The translations under genes were made by a program, and so were the position numbers. Shown here one piece after another: positions 18,640 through 27,387 of a stretch of DNA of 64,000 bases. The stretch lies in assembly GCA_026396615.1 (NCBI GenBank), contig JAPLWK010000011.1, positions 962 through 64,961 of the forward strand, in the 5' to 3' direction. The notes beneath the pieces were generated by a model. The model had not been told where the DNA came from. It did not search any database and was given only the letters and a program-made list of their open reading frames with translations. Each line of letters starts with the position of its first letter. The first letter of the stretch is position 1. The stretch comes from a candidate division WWE3 bacterium. Lineage in GTDB: Bacteria; Patescibacteriota; WWE3; JAPLWK01.

Positions 18640-20169
18640 ATGGCCCTAGCAAAAGTGCTTTCCGGAACTACAGTTGGTCTTGAGAGCACACCGATCAACA
18701 TTGAAGTCAGTATCGAAGAAGTCGGCTTTCCGGCATTTACAATCGTCGGCATGGCCGACAAAGCCGTTGAAGAATCTCGCGAACGGGTCCGCAGTGCTAT
18801 AAAAAGTTCCGGTTTGGAATTTCCCAGGCACCGAGTAACAGTAAATCTAACGCCCGCTGACCTACCCAAACGTGGCGCCTCGTTTGACCTGCCCATCGCC
18901 ATTGGAATCTTAATTGCTTCCGGCGCTCTCGAAATTGAAGTCAAGGACGCCTTATTTTTTGGTGAGTTATCACTTGACGGTTCGTTACGACATACCCCAG
19001 GAGCAATTACACTGGGAACACTTTGCGAAAAATTAAACATTCCCAATTTATACTTACCGGAAACGAATGCGTTAGAAGCCTCTTTCATCAGTGGCATTAA
19101 ACCCTTCGGTGTTTTAAAGCTTAGTGACCTCGTCAAGCATCTCGCCGGTGATAACAACCTAATAGCCACTCCCACGCATGATTTTAACGAACTGATCAAC
19201 GCTGAAATTACGTACCCACTTGATTTTAAGGAAGTTCGCGGCCAAGAACAGGCTAAAAGAGCGCTCGAAATCGCTGCGGCCGGTGGCCACAATGTGGCTA
19301 TGAAGGGGCCTCCCGGCAGTGGCAAAACGATGCTCGCCCGCGCTCTTCCCTCAATTCTTCCGAAGTTGACACCTAAAGAAGCCTTTGAGGTCACGAAGAT
19401 TTATTCGGTAACTGGGAATTTGCCGGCTGAAGAGTCGTTTATGAAAACCCGGCCATTTCGCAGCCCCCACCACACGACATCCAGAATTGGCCTTGTTGGC
19501 GGCGGCTCCCACCCCACCCCTGGCGAGATTTCCCTAGCTCATCGCGGTGTTTTATTTCTCGATGAGTTTCCGGAATTAGATCGTGCGACGCTGGAAGCAT
19601 TAAGACAGCCTTTAGAGGACGGTTTTGTTTCGGTTTCCAGGGCGGCGGGGACCATGGTCTTCCCTTCCAAATTTATCTTAATAGTCGCCAGCAACCCCTG
19701 CCCTTGCGGCAATCTTGGAAGTTCTAATCGCAAATGTATTTGTAACGCGCATCAAATAGAAAATTATAAAAAGCGCATTTCCGGCCCTATTTTGGACCGC
19801 ATTGATATTCATTTAGAAGTGCCGGCCGTGGAAATCGATAAATTAGTGGGAAATAATATCGTGGCCGCTGAGGATAGTACAGCAGTAAGGTCACGAGTCC
19901 AAGCAGCCAGGGACCGACAAGAGAAACGTTTAAAAGACGCTGGGCTAACCTGTAATGCAGAAATGTCGACCCGCCATATTAAAGAGTTTTGTGAAATTAG
20001 TAACGACTCTCAAAATCTGCTCAAGACCGCCGTCGCCAATATGGGCCTCTCCGCCCGCGGCTATTTTCGCATCCTCAAAGTTGCCCGCACAATAGCCGAT
20101 CTCGCCGGCAGCGACACGATTGAAACCCCAATGATTGCGGAAGCTTTGCAATACAGAACTCAGACGTAA
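18640..20169 (+). CDS. comM: YifB/ComM family Mg-chelatase-like AAA+ ATPase
   Basis: N-terminal ChlI-like domain (MALAKVLSGTTVGLE…), Walker A (GPPGSGKTML), a sensor/arginine-finger region, and a C-terminal ComM-like domain. Confidence 0.85.
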   Translation: MALAKVLSGTTVGLESTPINIEVSIEEVGFPAFTIVGMADKAVEESRERVRSAIKSSGLEFPRHRVTVNLTPADLPKRGASFDLPIAIGILIASGALEIEVKDALFFGELSLDGSLRHTPGAITLGTLCEKLNIPNLYLPETNALEASFISGIKPFGVLKLSDLVKHLAGDNNLIATPTHDFNELINAEITYPLDFKEVRGQEQAKRALEIAAAGGHNVAMKGPPGSGKTMLARALPSILPKLTPKEAFEVTKIYSVTGNLPAEESFMKTRPFRSPHHTTSRIGLVGGGSHPTPGEISLAHRGVLFLDEFPELDRATLEALRQPLEDGFVSVSRAAGTMVFPSKFILIVASNPCPCGNLGSSNRKCICNAHQIENYKKRISGPILDRIDIHLEVPAVEIDKLVGNNIVAAEDSTAVRSRVQAARDRQEKRLKDAGLTCNAEMSTRHIKEFCEISNDSQNLLKTAVANMGLSARGYFRILKVARTIADLAGSDTIETPMIAEALQYRTQT

Positions 20170-20213
20170 CCACACGCTGTAGTGGTGGCATTTATGACGC
20201 GCGTCAATCGAAT

Positions 20214-20300
20214 GTGAGGGCGAATCATGATTCGCCCCTACGCCGTGCTTTTTGTGACCTCCTTCCAAACATGTAGGGACGGGGCATGCCCCGTCCTCGG
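20214..20300. repeat. family-2 GC-rich hairpin repeats, inverted pair (20214..20243 and 20273..20300)
   Basis: GTGAGGGCGAATCATGATTCGCCCCTACGC and GTAGGGACGGGGCATGCCCCGTCCTCGG. The second is identical to the copy at 12890..12917. Confidence 0.8.
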
Positions 20301-20353
20301 CAAATAGAAAATAAAGCATAGGCCAGTTACGATTGTGTTAGCATATAAGTTAT

Positions 20354-20914
20354 ATGACAGTAAACAGCAATGAAAAAAATGGAGTGGTTTCCAGAGAAAA
20401 ATCGGAACAACTAGAGAGAGAGAAAGAGAGAGAGAGAGAGCTTACAAATCTTACAGCACACGAAGCTGGGCATATTCTAATCTCCGCTAAAGAGAAAATC
20501 CCGATAATGAAAGTGAATCTTAGCCTTCATAATGGTGGTAGTGTTGTCTGGGACGACTTAACTCACGCCTCAAAGAAAGATCGCGCAATTGCGTATGCCG
20601 CTGGTTTTGCTAGCGAGATGCGTCTTTTGGATGACGAAACAGTGAAAAAATCTGCTAGGTCGTCTGGTTTCGTCACGGATTCAAGAAGACTGGATGATTT
20701 AGGATACACAACCCAAGAGCAGAAGGTCGCACTAGTTATTGCCGCTAGTAAGGTTCTACAAAGTAATTCTGAGCAGCTACTTAATATCCAAAGGGCGTTA
20801 ACTGAACGTTTTTTGAAGCAAGTCGAACGAGGAGAAGACGTTCTTGAACTAGACAAACAAGAAATTAAAGAAATTATTCAAGAATCCGAAGCAGTTGCGG
20901 GCTCAGCAGGCTGA
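20354..20914 (+). CDS. stand-alone FtsH-like (M41) zinc-peptidase domain protein
   Basis: TAHEAGHIL is an HExxH motif in FtsH-like context (compare FtsH AYHEAGHAL). Downstream, IAYAAGFASEM resembles the third-ligand region of M41. There is no AAA+ domain. The N-terminus has low-complexity EREKERERE encoded by a (GA)n tract. Confidence 0.45.
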   Translation: MTVNSNEKNGVVSREKSEQLEREKERERELTNLTAHEAGHILISAKEKIPIMKVNLSLHNGGSVVWDDLTHASKKDRAIAYAAGFASEMRLLDDETVKKSARSSGFVTDSRRLDDLGYTTQEQKVALVIAASKVLQSNSEQLLNIQRALTERFLKQVERGEDVLELDKQEIKEIIQESEAVAGSAG

Positions 20915-20939
20915 GCTCCTACGCTTGTTGAGATCGTTT

Positions 20940-20969
20940 ACTGGATTCCGGGGTCAGGCCCGGAATGAC
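20940..20969 (-). repeat. family-1 hairpin repeat (single copy, reverse orientation)
   Basis: ACTGGATTCCGGGGTCAGGCCCGGAATGAC. It lies immediately 3' of rnpB and may act as its terminator. Confidence 0.8.
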
Positions 20970-20977
20970 GAGTTGTT

Positions 20978-21258
20978 TATTGCCGGGAGCTCGTAAGCCA
21001 GATTCTGTTTAAGCAGCATCTATCTATGCCCCATCTTCCAACCTCGCCAAAGATAGCTGTAACGGTTGGGTCGTGGGTTGCCACTGGCAAGGATTACCGC
21101 GTTTCACCTCGCCCTTTGGGCGAACTCGTCTCTGTGGCTCTAGCTGTAACCTTACGGCTACCCTCAATTAAGAAAGTGCCATTCTTTGTGTGGTCTGGAC
21201 TTTCCTCCCCTTCTGGCATTACACCAAAAAGAGTCACTGCCCGGCTCCCGGCGCCTGT
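20978..21258 (-). ncRNA. rnpB: RNase P RNA (bacterial type A, compact)
   Basis: On the minus strand I see GGGGAGGAAAGTCCAGACCAC (P4 5' half), ACAGAATCTGGCTTA (P4 3' half), GGGCGAGGTGAAACGCGGTAA (P10/11-12 region), and a P1 pairing GCCGGGAGCC/GCTCCCGGC at the ends. The ends are approximate to within about 10 nt. Confidence 0.7.
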
Positions 21259-21293
21259 ATTATAACGCATTATTCATATTAAACAGAGAATTC

Positions 21294-22295
21294 TTATTCG
21301 GCTTTGGAGGAACTGTGCTCAATGATGTTCTTGATGACAATGTAGAGCGACAAGGTAACCGGGAGAGATAGAAAGGCCCCAACGACACCAAACAAACGAC
21401 CACCAATTAAAAGAGCCAAGAGGGTGACTAGCGGATTAAGTCCCACTGCCTTTTTCATAATTCGAGGAATTACCAAATTCCACTGGACTTGCTGGACCAG
21501 TAAATACAAACCGCCAACTGCGATGCCCATAATCGGAGAAATCGAAAAACCAACGATCACGGCTAAAATAAAGGAAACAGTGGAACCAATGAATGGCACG
21601 AGTTCCCCGAGGAAAGCAAAGACCGCTAGTGGCACCGCGAACTCGACGCGAAGCAGCATTAGGCCAAAGAAAGTGGTCAGACCCACAAAGCCCATGCCGA
21701 TTAATTGCCCCCGTAACCAACCACCCAAGCGCTGCTCGATTTCTTGAATTGTTTCGTTTGCCACGTGTTGATAGCTGGAACGGGGTAGCAGCCCCACGAA
21801 GATTTTTTTAAGATGGTCAAAATCAACCAGAATATAAGCCGAGAAAACAACGACTGAAAGGACCGAAACAGCCCCCGAGAGAACATCAATGGTAAATTTG
21901 ATTAGGCCACCGGAAACGTTTCCCAGTTGTTGAGTTAAAGTATTTCCAAAATTCTGAAGAGCCGTGCTTACGGAAATAGACTTAAAGACAGTTTCCAGAA
22001 GCTTTGGAAATTGGTTAATAAAGAGTTCAGTTTGGCTAATTATTGGAGTGAGTGAGACCGCTATTAATCCGCCAAGAACCACTACAACAAGAAGTAGTGT
22101 TAGCAAAACCGCCACTGACCTTTTGAACTTTTTAGTAACCAAGAAATCTACAAAGGGAGAAATCACTAAAGCGATCATTAGAGCCACAAAGAGAAGCGCT
22201 AAGATTTCTTTAATTTGAATGAGCAGAAAAGCAACAACGACGGCCAGCGCGGTAAAAACTATAGTTTTAGGTGTAATAACGATATTTCTATCCAT
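21294..22295 (-). CDS. AI-2E/PerM-like family transporter (putative)
   Basis: 333 aa with ~8 TM helices, a length and topology typical of the AI-2E family. No diagnostic motif confirmed. Confidence 0.45.
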   Translation of the reverse strand: MDRNIVITPKTIVFTALAVVVAFLLIQIKEILALLFVALMIALVISPFVDFLVTKKFKRSVAVLLTLLLVVVVLGGLIAVSLTPIISQTELFINQFPKLLETVFKSISVSTALQNFGNTLTQQLGNVSGGLIKFTIDVLSGAVSVLSVVVFSAYILVDFDHLKKIFVGLLPRSSYQHVANETIQEIEQRLGGWLRGQLIGMGFVGLTTFFGLMLLRVEFAVPLAVFAFLGELVPFIGSTVSFILAVIVGFSISPIMGIAVGGLYLLVQQVQWNLVIPRIMKKAVGLNPLVTLLALLIGGRLFGVVGAFLSLPVTLSLYIVIKNIIEHSSSKAE

Positions 22296-23259
22296 CTAGA
22301 TATGATTCTACTTTATTTGTAAGCTCCTCGTCAAAGGTTTTTTTGGTTGTGTCAAACCAAGTCACTCCCGGCATTTTGCGAAAATACGTTTCCTGGCGCC
22401 GAATATAATCATGGATTTGATATTTAATCAGCTGCGGCATTTCTGAAATGCTAACCTCATCGGCGAGATACGATTTCACAACTTTATAAATCAGGCCGTT
22501 TAATTGCGGTGTGTTACCATATCCTTGGTCAATTAATCTTTGTGTCTCTTCGACCAAACCGACTTTTAGCGCCTCATCTACCCAAGCGTCAGCTCGAGGA
22601 TAAAGGATTTCGTGTGGAGCGGTGAAGCCGAGAATTAATGAATGCGATATGTCATTCCGGGCTTGACCCGGAATCCAGTTACTGGATTCTGAATCAAGTT
22701 CAGAATGACGATTTTTCTCATTTGACACTTCAATAGCTCTCTGCAAACGCCTCGGATTATTTTTATCAACTCGCCCCCACGCCGCCGGATCAATCTCTTT
22801 TAACTTCGTTGACAACTCAGCCACAGACAACTTATCGAGTTCTTCGCGTAACTTTATGTTCGGTGACACGTTTGCCACACTTTTTAGGCCAAGCAACGTC
22901 TCCACATAAAACCCGGTCCCACCAACAATAAAAGGCACTTTCGCTCGCTTCCAAACATCATCTATGGTCACCTCAGCTTTATTTTTAAAATCCAAGGCCG
23001 AAAAATATTCACCGGGATTAACCACGTCATACATCCAAACTCGTGTATCATTAAAATCCCAGTGACCACCGGCCTTAGTAACGTCGACACGATCGGCTGA
23101 CAAGGGCAGCTTCCCCGTCCCAATGTCCATACCTTTGTATAACTGCCGAGAGTCGGCCGAAATAACTTCGCCGTTGAATTTTTTACACAACTCCAATGCC
23201 TTCGAGGTTTTGCCGGAGGAGGTGGGACCTACTAGAACAATAAATTTATTTGAACGCAT
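22288..23259 (-). CDS. miaA: tRNA dimethylallyltransferase, carrying a 20-aa in-frame repeat-derived insertion
   Basis: P-loop GPTSSGKTS and ISADSRQLYKGMDIGTGK. Residues RHSELDSESSNWIPGQARND are encoded entirely by the family-1 repeat pair at 22651..22709. Confidence 0.85.
   Translation of the reverse strand: MRSNKFIVLVGPTSSGKTSKALELCKKFNGEVISADSRQLYKGMDIGTGKLPLSADRVDVTKAGGHWDFNDTRVWMYDVVNPGEYFSALDFKNKAEVTIDDVWKRAKVPFIVGGTGFYVETLLGLKSVANVSPNIKLREELDKLSVAELSTKLKEIDPAAWGRVDKNNPRRLQRAIEVSNEKNRHSELDSESSNWIPGQARNDISHSLILGFTAPHEILYPRADAWVDEALKVGLVEETQRLIDQGYGNTPQLNGLIYKVVKSYLADEVSISEMPQLIKYQIHDYIRRQETYFRKMPGVTWFDTTKKTFDEELTNKVESYLDG
22651..22709. repeat. family-1 hairpin repeat, back-to-back inverted pair, located inside the miaA coding sequence
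   Basis: GTCATTCCGGGCTTGACCCGGAATCCAGTT followed immediately by ACTGGATTCTGAATCAAGTTCAGAATGACG. Confidence 0.85.
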
Positions 23260-23317
23260 AACAAGCCTATCATTCCGGCTCCAAAGCCGAAAAACTCAGT
23301 TAAAAAAGTTTCTAATT

Positions 23318-23425
23318 TGAAATTTGAAATTCGAAATCAAGATCAAATTTGAAAATTTAAATTTTAATACATTTCAAATTGAATTCAAATTGTAAATTTA
23401 AAATTTTAAATTAATACTTTAGATA
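23318..23425. repeat. AT-only degenerate tandem repeat (AAATTTGAAAT / TTCAAAT units)
   Basis: aaatttgaaatttgaaattcgaaatcaagatcaaatttgaaaatttaaatt... lies between miaA and the miaB-like gene. It is probably a promoter/UP-element region. Confidence 0.5.
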
Positions 23426-24485
23426 TTTTCTTAATTAAATCTAGTACCTCCTTATGCCTCTGTCTTTTTACTTTCGACGGCACATCATCCATCATCGTCT
23501 CAGCCGCCACCGTCCCTTTCCGCGGCGAGTACATGGCTACAAATATTTGTTTAAACCCAACCTCTTTAATTAAATCTAAAGTGTGGCCAAACTGCCCATC
23601 TGTTTCGCCCGGAAAACCCACGATAATATCCGTCCCAATTCGTATTTCCGGCACTGCTTTTTTAATCTTCACGACTAACTCTAAATATTCTTCGCGGGTA
23701 TGACGGCGATTCATCTTTCTTAGAATCTCATCATCACCACTTTGCACCGGCAAATGCAAATAGCGATCAACTTTTGGAAGTTTTAAAACCGCAATCAAAT
23801 CGTCTTCGAAATCGTAGGGATTCGACGATAAGAATGACACTTTAGTAATGCCTTTAATAGCATGAACTTTTTTTACAAGATACGAAAATCTTTCTGGCGG
23901 TGTAAAATCTTTACCCCAGGAATTTACATTTTGCCCAAGTAATATTATTTCTGTTTGACCGCTGGTAACCAACTTCTCAACTTCCTCGATGATGTCTGAT
24001 AATGGTCTCGACTTTTCCGGCCCTCTGGCATAAGGCACAACACAGTAAGTACAAAAATTATCGCAACCTCGAGAAATCGAGACAAGACCTGTTGAATTTC
24101 GTTCAACTGACGCCACTCTATTTGACTTAACAATCGTCGGCAATTTTTCTACCGCTTCTTCAAACGTCCAAAAATAATCAACCCATGGCGCTTTCTTTTG
24201 CAAATACGACAATTCGTAACGCCTCCGCTGGCTTTTAGCGGCACCGGTGAGGCAGCCCATCAAAATAACCACCGGCTTTTTAGGCAAATCTTTAATTACT
24301 AATCCCCAGCCATAAACTGAATCTTCAGCCGCCTGCCGAATAGAACAGGAATTAATTATTAAAAAATCACTTTGGTGAATGTCGGAAGCTTCAGTAAGAT
24401 CAAGACCTAAAAGCAAATCTGCGATCTTACCAGATTCGTAGGTGTTCATGGCGCAACCGTAGGTTTTAAGTAAGAAAGTCATCAT
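23406..24485 (-). CDS. radical-SAM methylthiotransferase (MiaB/RimO family)
   Basis: N-terminal MTTase domain (TYGCAMNTYESG), a radical SAM CxxxCxxC (CDNFCTYC), and a short C-terminus. The ORF track starts at 24527; I judged the internal MMTF start more likely. It sits next to miaA, so MiaB is the likeliest assignment. Confidence 0.75.
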   Translation of the reverse strand: MMTFLLKTYGCAMNTYESGKIADLLLGLDLTEASDIHQSDFLIINSCSIRQAAEDSVYGWGLVIKDLPKKPVVILMGCLTGAAKSQRRRYELSYLQKKAPWVDYFWTFEEAVEKLPTIVKSNRVASVERNSTGLVSISRGCDNFCTYCVVPYARGPEKSRPLSDIIEEVEKLVTSGQTEIILLGQNVNSWGKDFTPPERFSYLVKKVHAIKGITKVSFLSSNPYDFEDDLIAVLKLPKVDRYLHLPVQSGDDEILRKMNRRHTREEYLELVVKIKKAVPEIRIGTDIIVGFPGETDGQFGHTLDLIKEVGFKQIFVAMYSPRKGTVAAETMMDDVPSKVKRQRHKEVLDLIKKISKVLI

Positions 24486-24587
24486 GTAAACACTTCGCCC
24501 CAACTGTTGCCTCTGTACACAAGGCATAGTTGGGGTTAGCGTTCTTCGTCGGCCGACGAAGAAGATTCTAGAATCAACAAAATAAAA

Positions 24588-24863
24588 TTAACTACGGACG
24601 GAATCCTTTAAACCCTTACCAGCTTTGAAGGCTGGGGTTTTGGAAGCGGCGATGTGAAGGGGTGCCCCGGTTTGCGGGTTACGACCCATTCGAGCAGCGC
24701 GCTGCCGAATTTCGAAGGTACCAAATCCGGTGATAGTGACTTTTTCACCTTTCTTCAGGGCAGCAGAAATGGTATCAACAACAGCTTCCATAGCGCGGGA
24801 AGCATCAGCCTTGGTTAGGCCGGCTTTCTCTGCCATCTTGGCTACTAATTCTAATTTTACCAT
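24588..24863 (-). CDS. hup: DNA-binding protein HU
   Basis: 91 aa, [29 protein letters not shown]…[23 protein letters not shown], a canonical HU/IHF fold sequence. Confidence 0.85.
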   Translation of the reverse strand: MVKLELVAKMAEKAGLTKADASRAMEAVVDTISAALKKGEKVTITGFGTFEIRQRAARMGRNPQTGAPLHIAASKTPAFKAGKGLKDSVRS

Positions 24864-24913
24864 TTGTAATCACCCCCTTTCAGTTAAAACATACTTTGCC
24901 AATAAATAAATTT

Positions 24914-25705
24914 TTAGATTAATTTGTCTACTCTTTTTATTCCGGTCGCTTTACCAGTCTTATCATTAATTTTAATCTCCACGCTACTAAAGATTGCTGG
25001 CCCGCAAGAATCCCAATCAAAACGCTGCCTACCCTGATTTACAAAACGATCAATAATAATTTCTTTTTTAACTCCCAGAACGCTGTTGTATGAACCACAC
25101 ATTCCAACGTCAGTCACGTAAGCGGTGCCCAAAGGCAAAATTCGAACGTCCGCAGTACCTACGTGAGTGTGTGTCCCAACAACGGCAGAAACCCGACCAT
25201 CCAAAAACCAACCCATCGCCATTTTCTCGCTCGTCGCCTCGGCGTGAAAATCAACTAAAATTCCAGCTAACTTTTCACCCTCAAACTGCCGTAATAAATT
25301 ATCAATGACTAAGAACGGGTTTCGTAAATCTGGATAATCTATAAAAGTGCTCCCCAGTAAATTACAAATTAAAAAGCGACCCTTTTTTCCAAGGTCAAAA
25401 ATATAATATGACAATCCGGCTTCGCTGTCGGGAAAATTCGCGGGTCTAATAACTGGTAGGTTAACAATTTCATTTTTAAACTCCTCACGATAAAAAATAT
25501 GATCGCCGGATGTTAAAACGTCTACGCCGCTATTTAAAAGCTCGGTGACGGTCTTTTGGCTTGCGCCGCGTCCGTGCGCCAAATTCTCACCATTAGCGAT
25601 AACTATATTGATGCTATCACCTTTTTTTAGGGTTGGCAATATTTTGCTTACAGCCAAGCGCCCTAAAGATCCAACTACATCTCCTATAAAAAGAATTTTA
25701 ATCAT
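24914..25705 (-). CDS. YmdB-like metallophosphoesterase (TIGR00282 family)
   Basis: MIKILFIGDVVG…GENLAHGRG…GTHTHV motifs. It is immediately downstream of rny, as in Firmicutes rny-ymdB. Confidence 0.8.
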   Translation of the reverse strand: MIKILFIGDVVGSLGRLAVSKILPTLKKGDSINIVIANGENLAHGRGASQKTVTELLNSGVDVLTSGDHIFYREEFKNEIVNLPVIRPANFPDSEAGLSYYIFDLGKKGRFLICNLLGSTFIDYPDLRNPFLVIDNLLRQFEGEKLAGILVDFHAEATSEKMAMGWFLDGRVSAVVGTHTHVGTADVRILPLGTAYVTDVGMCGSYNSVLGVKKEIIIDRFVNQGRQRFDWDSCGPAIFSSVEIKINDKTGKATGIKRVDKLI

Positions 25706-25770
25706 CTTTCAAATTTCTAATCTCTAATTTCTTAATCCAGCTTCCAAATTCTAACATCCAACTTCTGACC

Positions 25771-27312
25771 TTACTTAGCTACTTCGCTACTTCGTAATTC
25801 TCTAATAACGGTCACTTTAACAATACCTGGGTACACCTGTTCTTTCTCTATTTTACTGGCAATATCATGAGCCATTTTAGCCGCCCCGTTATCATTCACT
25901 TCTTCCGGCTTTACCATTACTCGCACTTCTCGCCCAGCGCTAATTGCGAAAGCCTTTTCGACCCCCGGAAAACTTAAAGCCGCTCCCTCAAGATCCCGCA
26001 TCCTCTTTAAATACGCTCCGTAATCCTCAACTCTGGCGCCAGGCCTGGAACCACTCATGGCGTCGGAAATATAGCAGATGACCGATTCTAAAGAAGAAAA
26101 TGGTTTATCTTCGTGATGCTCGGCAATACAAGCAATCACTTTTTCCGGCAATTTATATTTACGAGCCAAATCTACCCCTAAACCAACGTGGCTACCTTCT
26201 TCGTCAGTGACTACTTTTCCGATATCGTGAAGTAAACAACCGAGTTTAACAATGTTGACGTCAAGTCCCAATTCAGTCGCCAAATAAACGCCCATTTTAG
26301 TTTCCTCCAGTGTATGTTCAATCATATTTTGGCCGTATGAGAATCTAAATTTAAAGCGCCCCAGAGCCGTTACTAACTCAACTGGTAAATTATAAACCCC
26401 GATCCGATGACACAGGTCTTCGCCAGCTTCAAGCATTATTTTCTCAATTTCCTTTTGAGTTTTTAAAACTATTTCCTCGATCTTAGCCGGCTGAATGCGG
26501 CCATCGGCCATGAGCCTTTCGAGAGACAAGCGGGCCACTTCCCGACGCACCGGATCAAAACAGGAGATTCGCAGCTGCCCCGGCGTTTCATCAAGATCAA
26601 TGTTAACGCCCGTTTGCTGCTCGAAGGCCTTAATATTGCGGCCTTCCCTGCCTATAATTCGACCTTTCATTTCCTCATCCGGTAGTTTAACAACGGAAGT
26701 GGTGTATTCGGCCACGTAATCGGTACTGGCGTGCTGCATTGCTTCCACTAAAATTTGCTGAGCTTTCGCTTTAGACTCCGTTCTAAAAGTGTCTTCTGAT
26801 TCCCGAATCTTTCGACCCAATTCATCCGTAAGAGAGCTCTCCAAGGTAGATATGATATGACGACGAGCTTCTTCACGAGTGGTACCGGCCACACTTTCCA
26901 GTTTAGTGATTTGTTCTTGACGTAATCTTTCGATTTCCTCCAGTTTTTTATTAACACCACGCTGTGAAGAAATTAAATTTTGCTCTTTTTCTTCCAAGCC
27001 TTCCAACTTTTTAGTGATTTCCTCCTGTTTACCGGAAATCCTTTTTTCGTCTTCAAAAAGCTTTTGCCGGATTTTAGAAGCTTCCTCCTCAGCATTACGT
27101 TTGACTTTAAAAGCTTCTTCTTGTGCCGATAGCACGATGTCACGAGCATTAACCGACAAAGGAGCATTTGCAGATGGTTGGGGGGCACTTAATGGCTGGG
27201 TGGCTTGACCGGATTCTTTAGTGGCTAACTTTTTAGATAACAGTAAATAAATAATTACTGCCGATAACACGGCCGCGGCAATCATGGCCGCGATTAATAG
27301 GAGTGGCGTCAT
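25771..27312 (-). CDS. rny: ribonuclease Y
   Basis: N-terminal TM, coiled-coil, a KH domain (…GRIIGREGRNIKAFE…) and an HD domain (LLHDIGK). Confidence 0.9.
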   Translation of the reverse strand: MTPLLLIAAMIAAAVLSAVIIYLLLSKKLATKESGQATQPLSAPQPSANAPLSVNARDIVLSAQEEAFKVKRNAEEEASKIRQKLFEDEKRISGKQEEITKKLEGLEEKEQNLISSQRGVNKKLEEIERLRQEQITKLESVAGTTREEARRHIISTLESSLTDELGRKIRESEDTFRTESKAKAQQILVEAMQHASTDYVAEYTTSVVKLPDEEMKGRIIGREGRNIKAFEQQTGVNIDLDETPGQLRISCFDPVRREVARLSLERLMADGRIQPAKIEEIVLKTQKEIEKIMLEAGEDLCHRIGVYNLPVELVTALGRFKFRFSYGQNMIEHTLEETKMGVYLATELGLDVNIVKLGCLLHDIGKVVTDEEGSHVGLGVDLARKYKLPEKVIACIAEHHEDKPFSSLESVICYISDAMSGSRPGARVEDYGAYLKRMRDLEGAALSFPGVEKAFAISAGREVRVMVKPEEVNDNGAAKMAHDIASKIEKEQVYPGIVKVTVIRELRSSEVAK

Positions 27313-27387
27313 ATGAGTTTTTCCTTTCAGGTAAATAGAACATAAATAAAATCAAACGATAATTATTAGTGATGTGATAGGCCCATT

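Noticed and set aside
18510-19394. 294-aa minus-strand ORF antisense to comM
   Set aside because: It lies entirely antisense to a well-supported ComM/YifB gene. Its only conserved-looking peptide (RHSELDSESSN) is the translation of the hairpin repeat. Spurious.
19945-20319. 124-aa minus-strand ORF spanning the comM 3' end and the downstream repeats
   Set aside because: It overlaps comM in antisense and continues through the family-2 hairpins. Spurious.
21026-21371. ORFs 21026..21265 (+) and 21186..21371 (+) in a GC-rich segment
   Set aside because: The segment carries the conserved RNase P RNA blocks on the minus strand (GGAAAGTCC / ACAGAATCTGGCTTA). The ORFs are artefacts of the GC-rich structured RNA gene.
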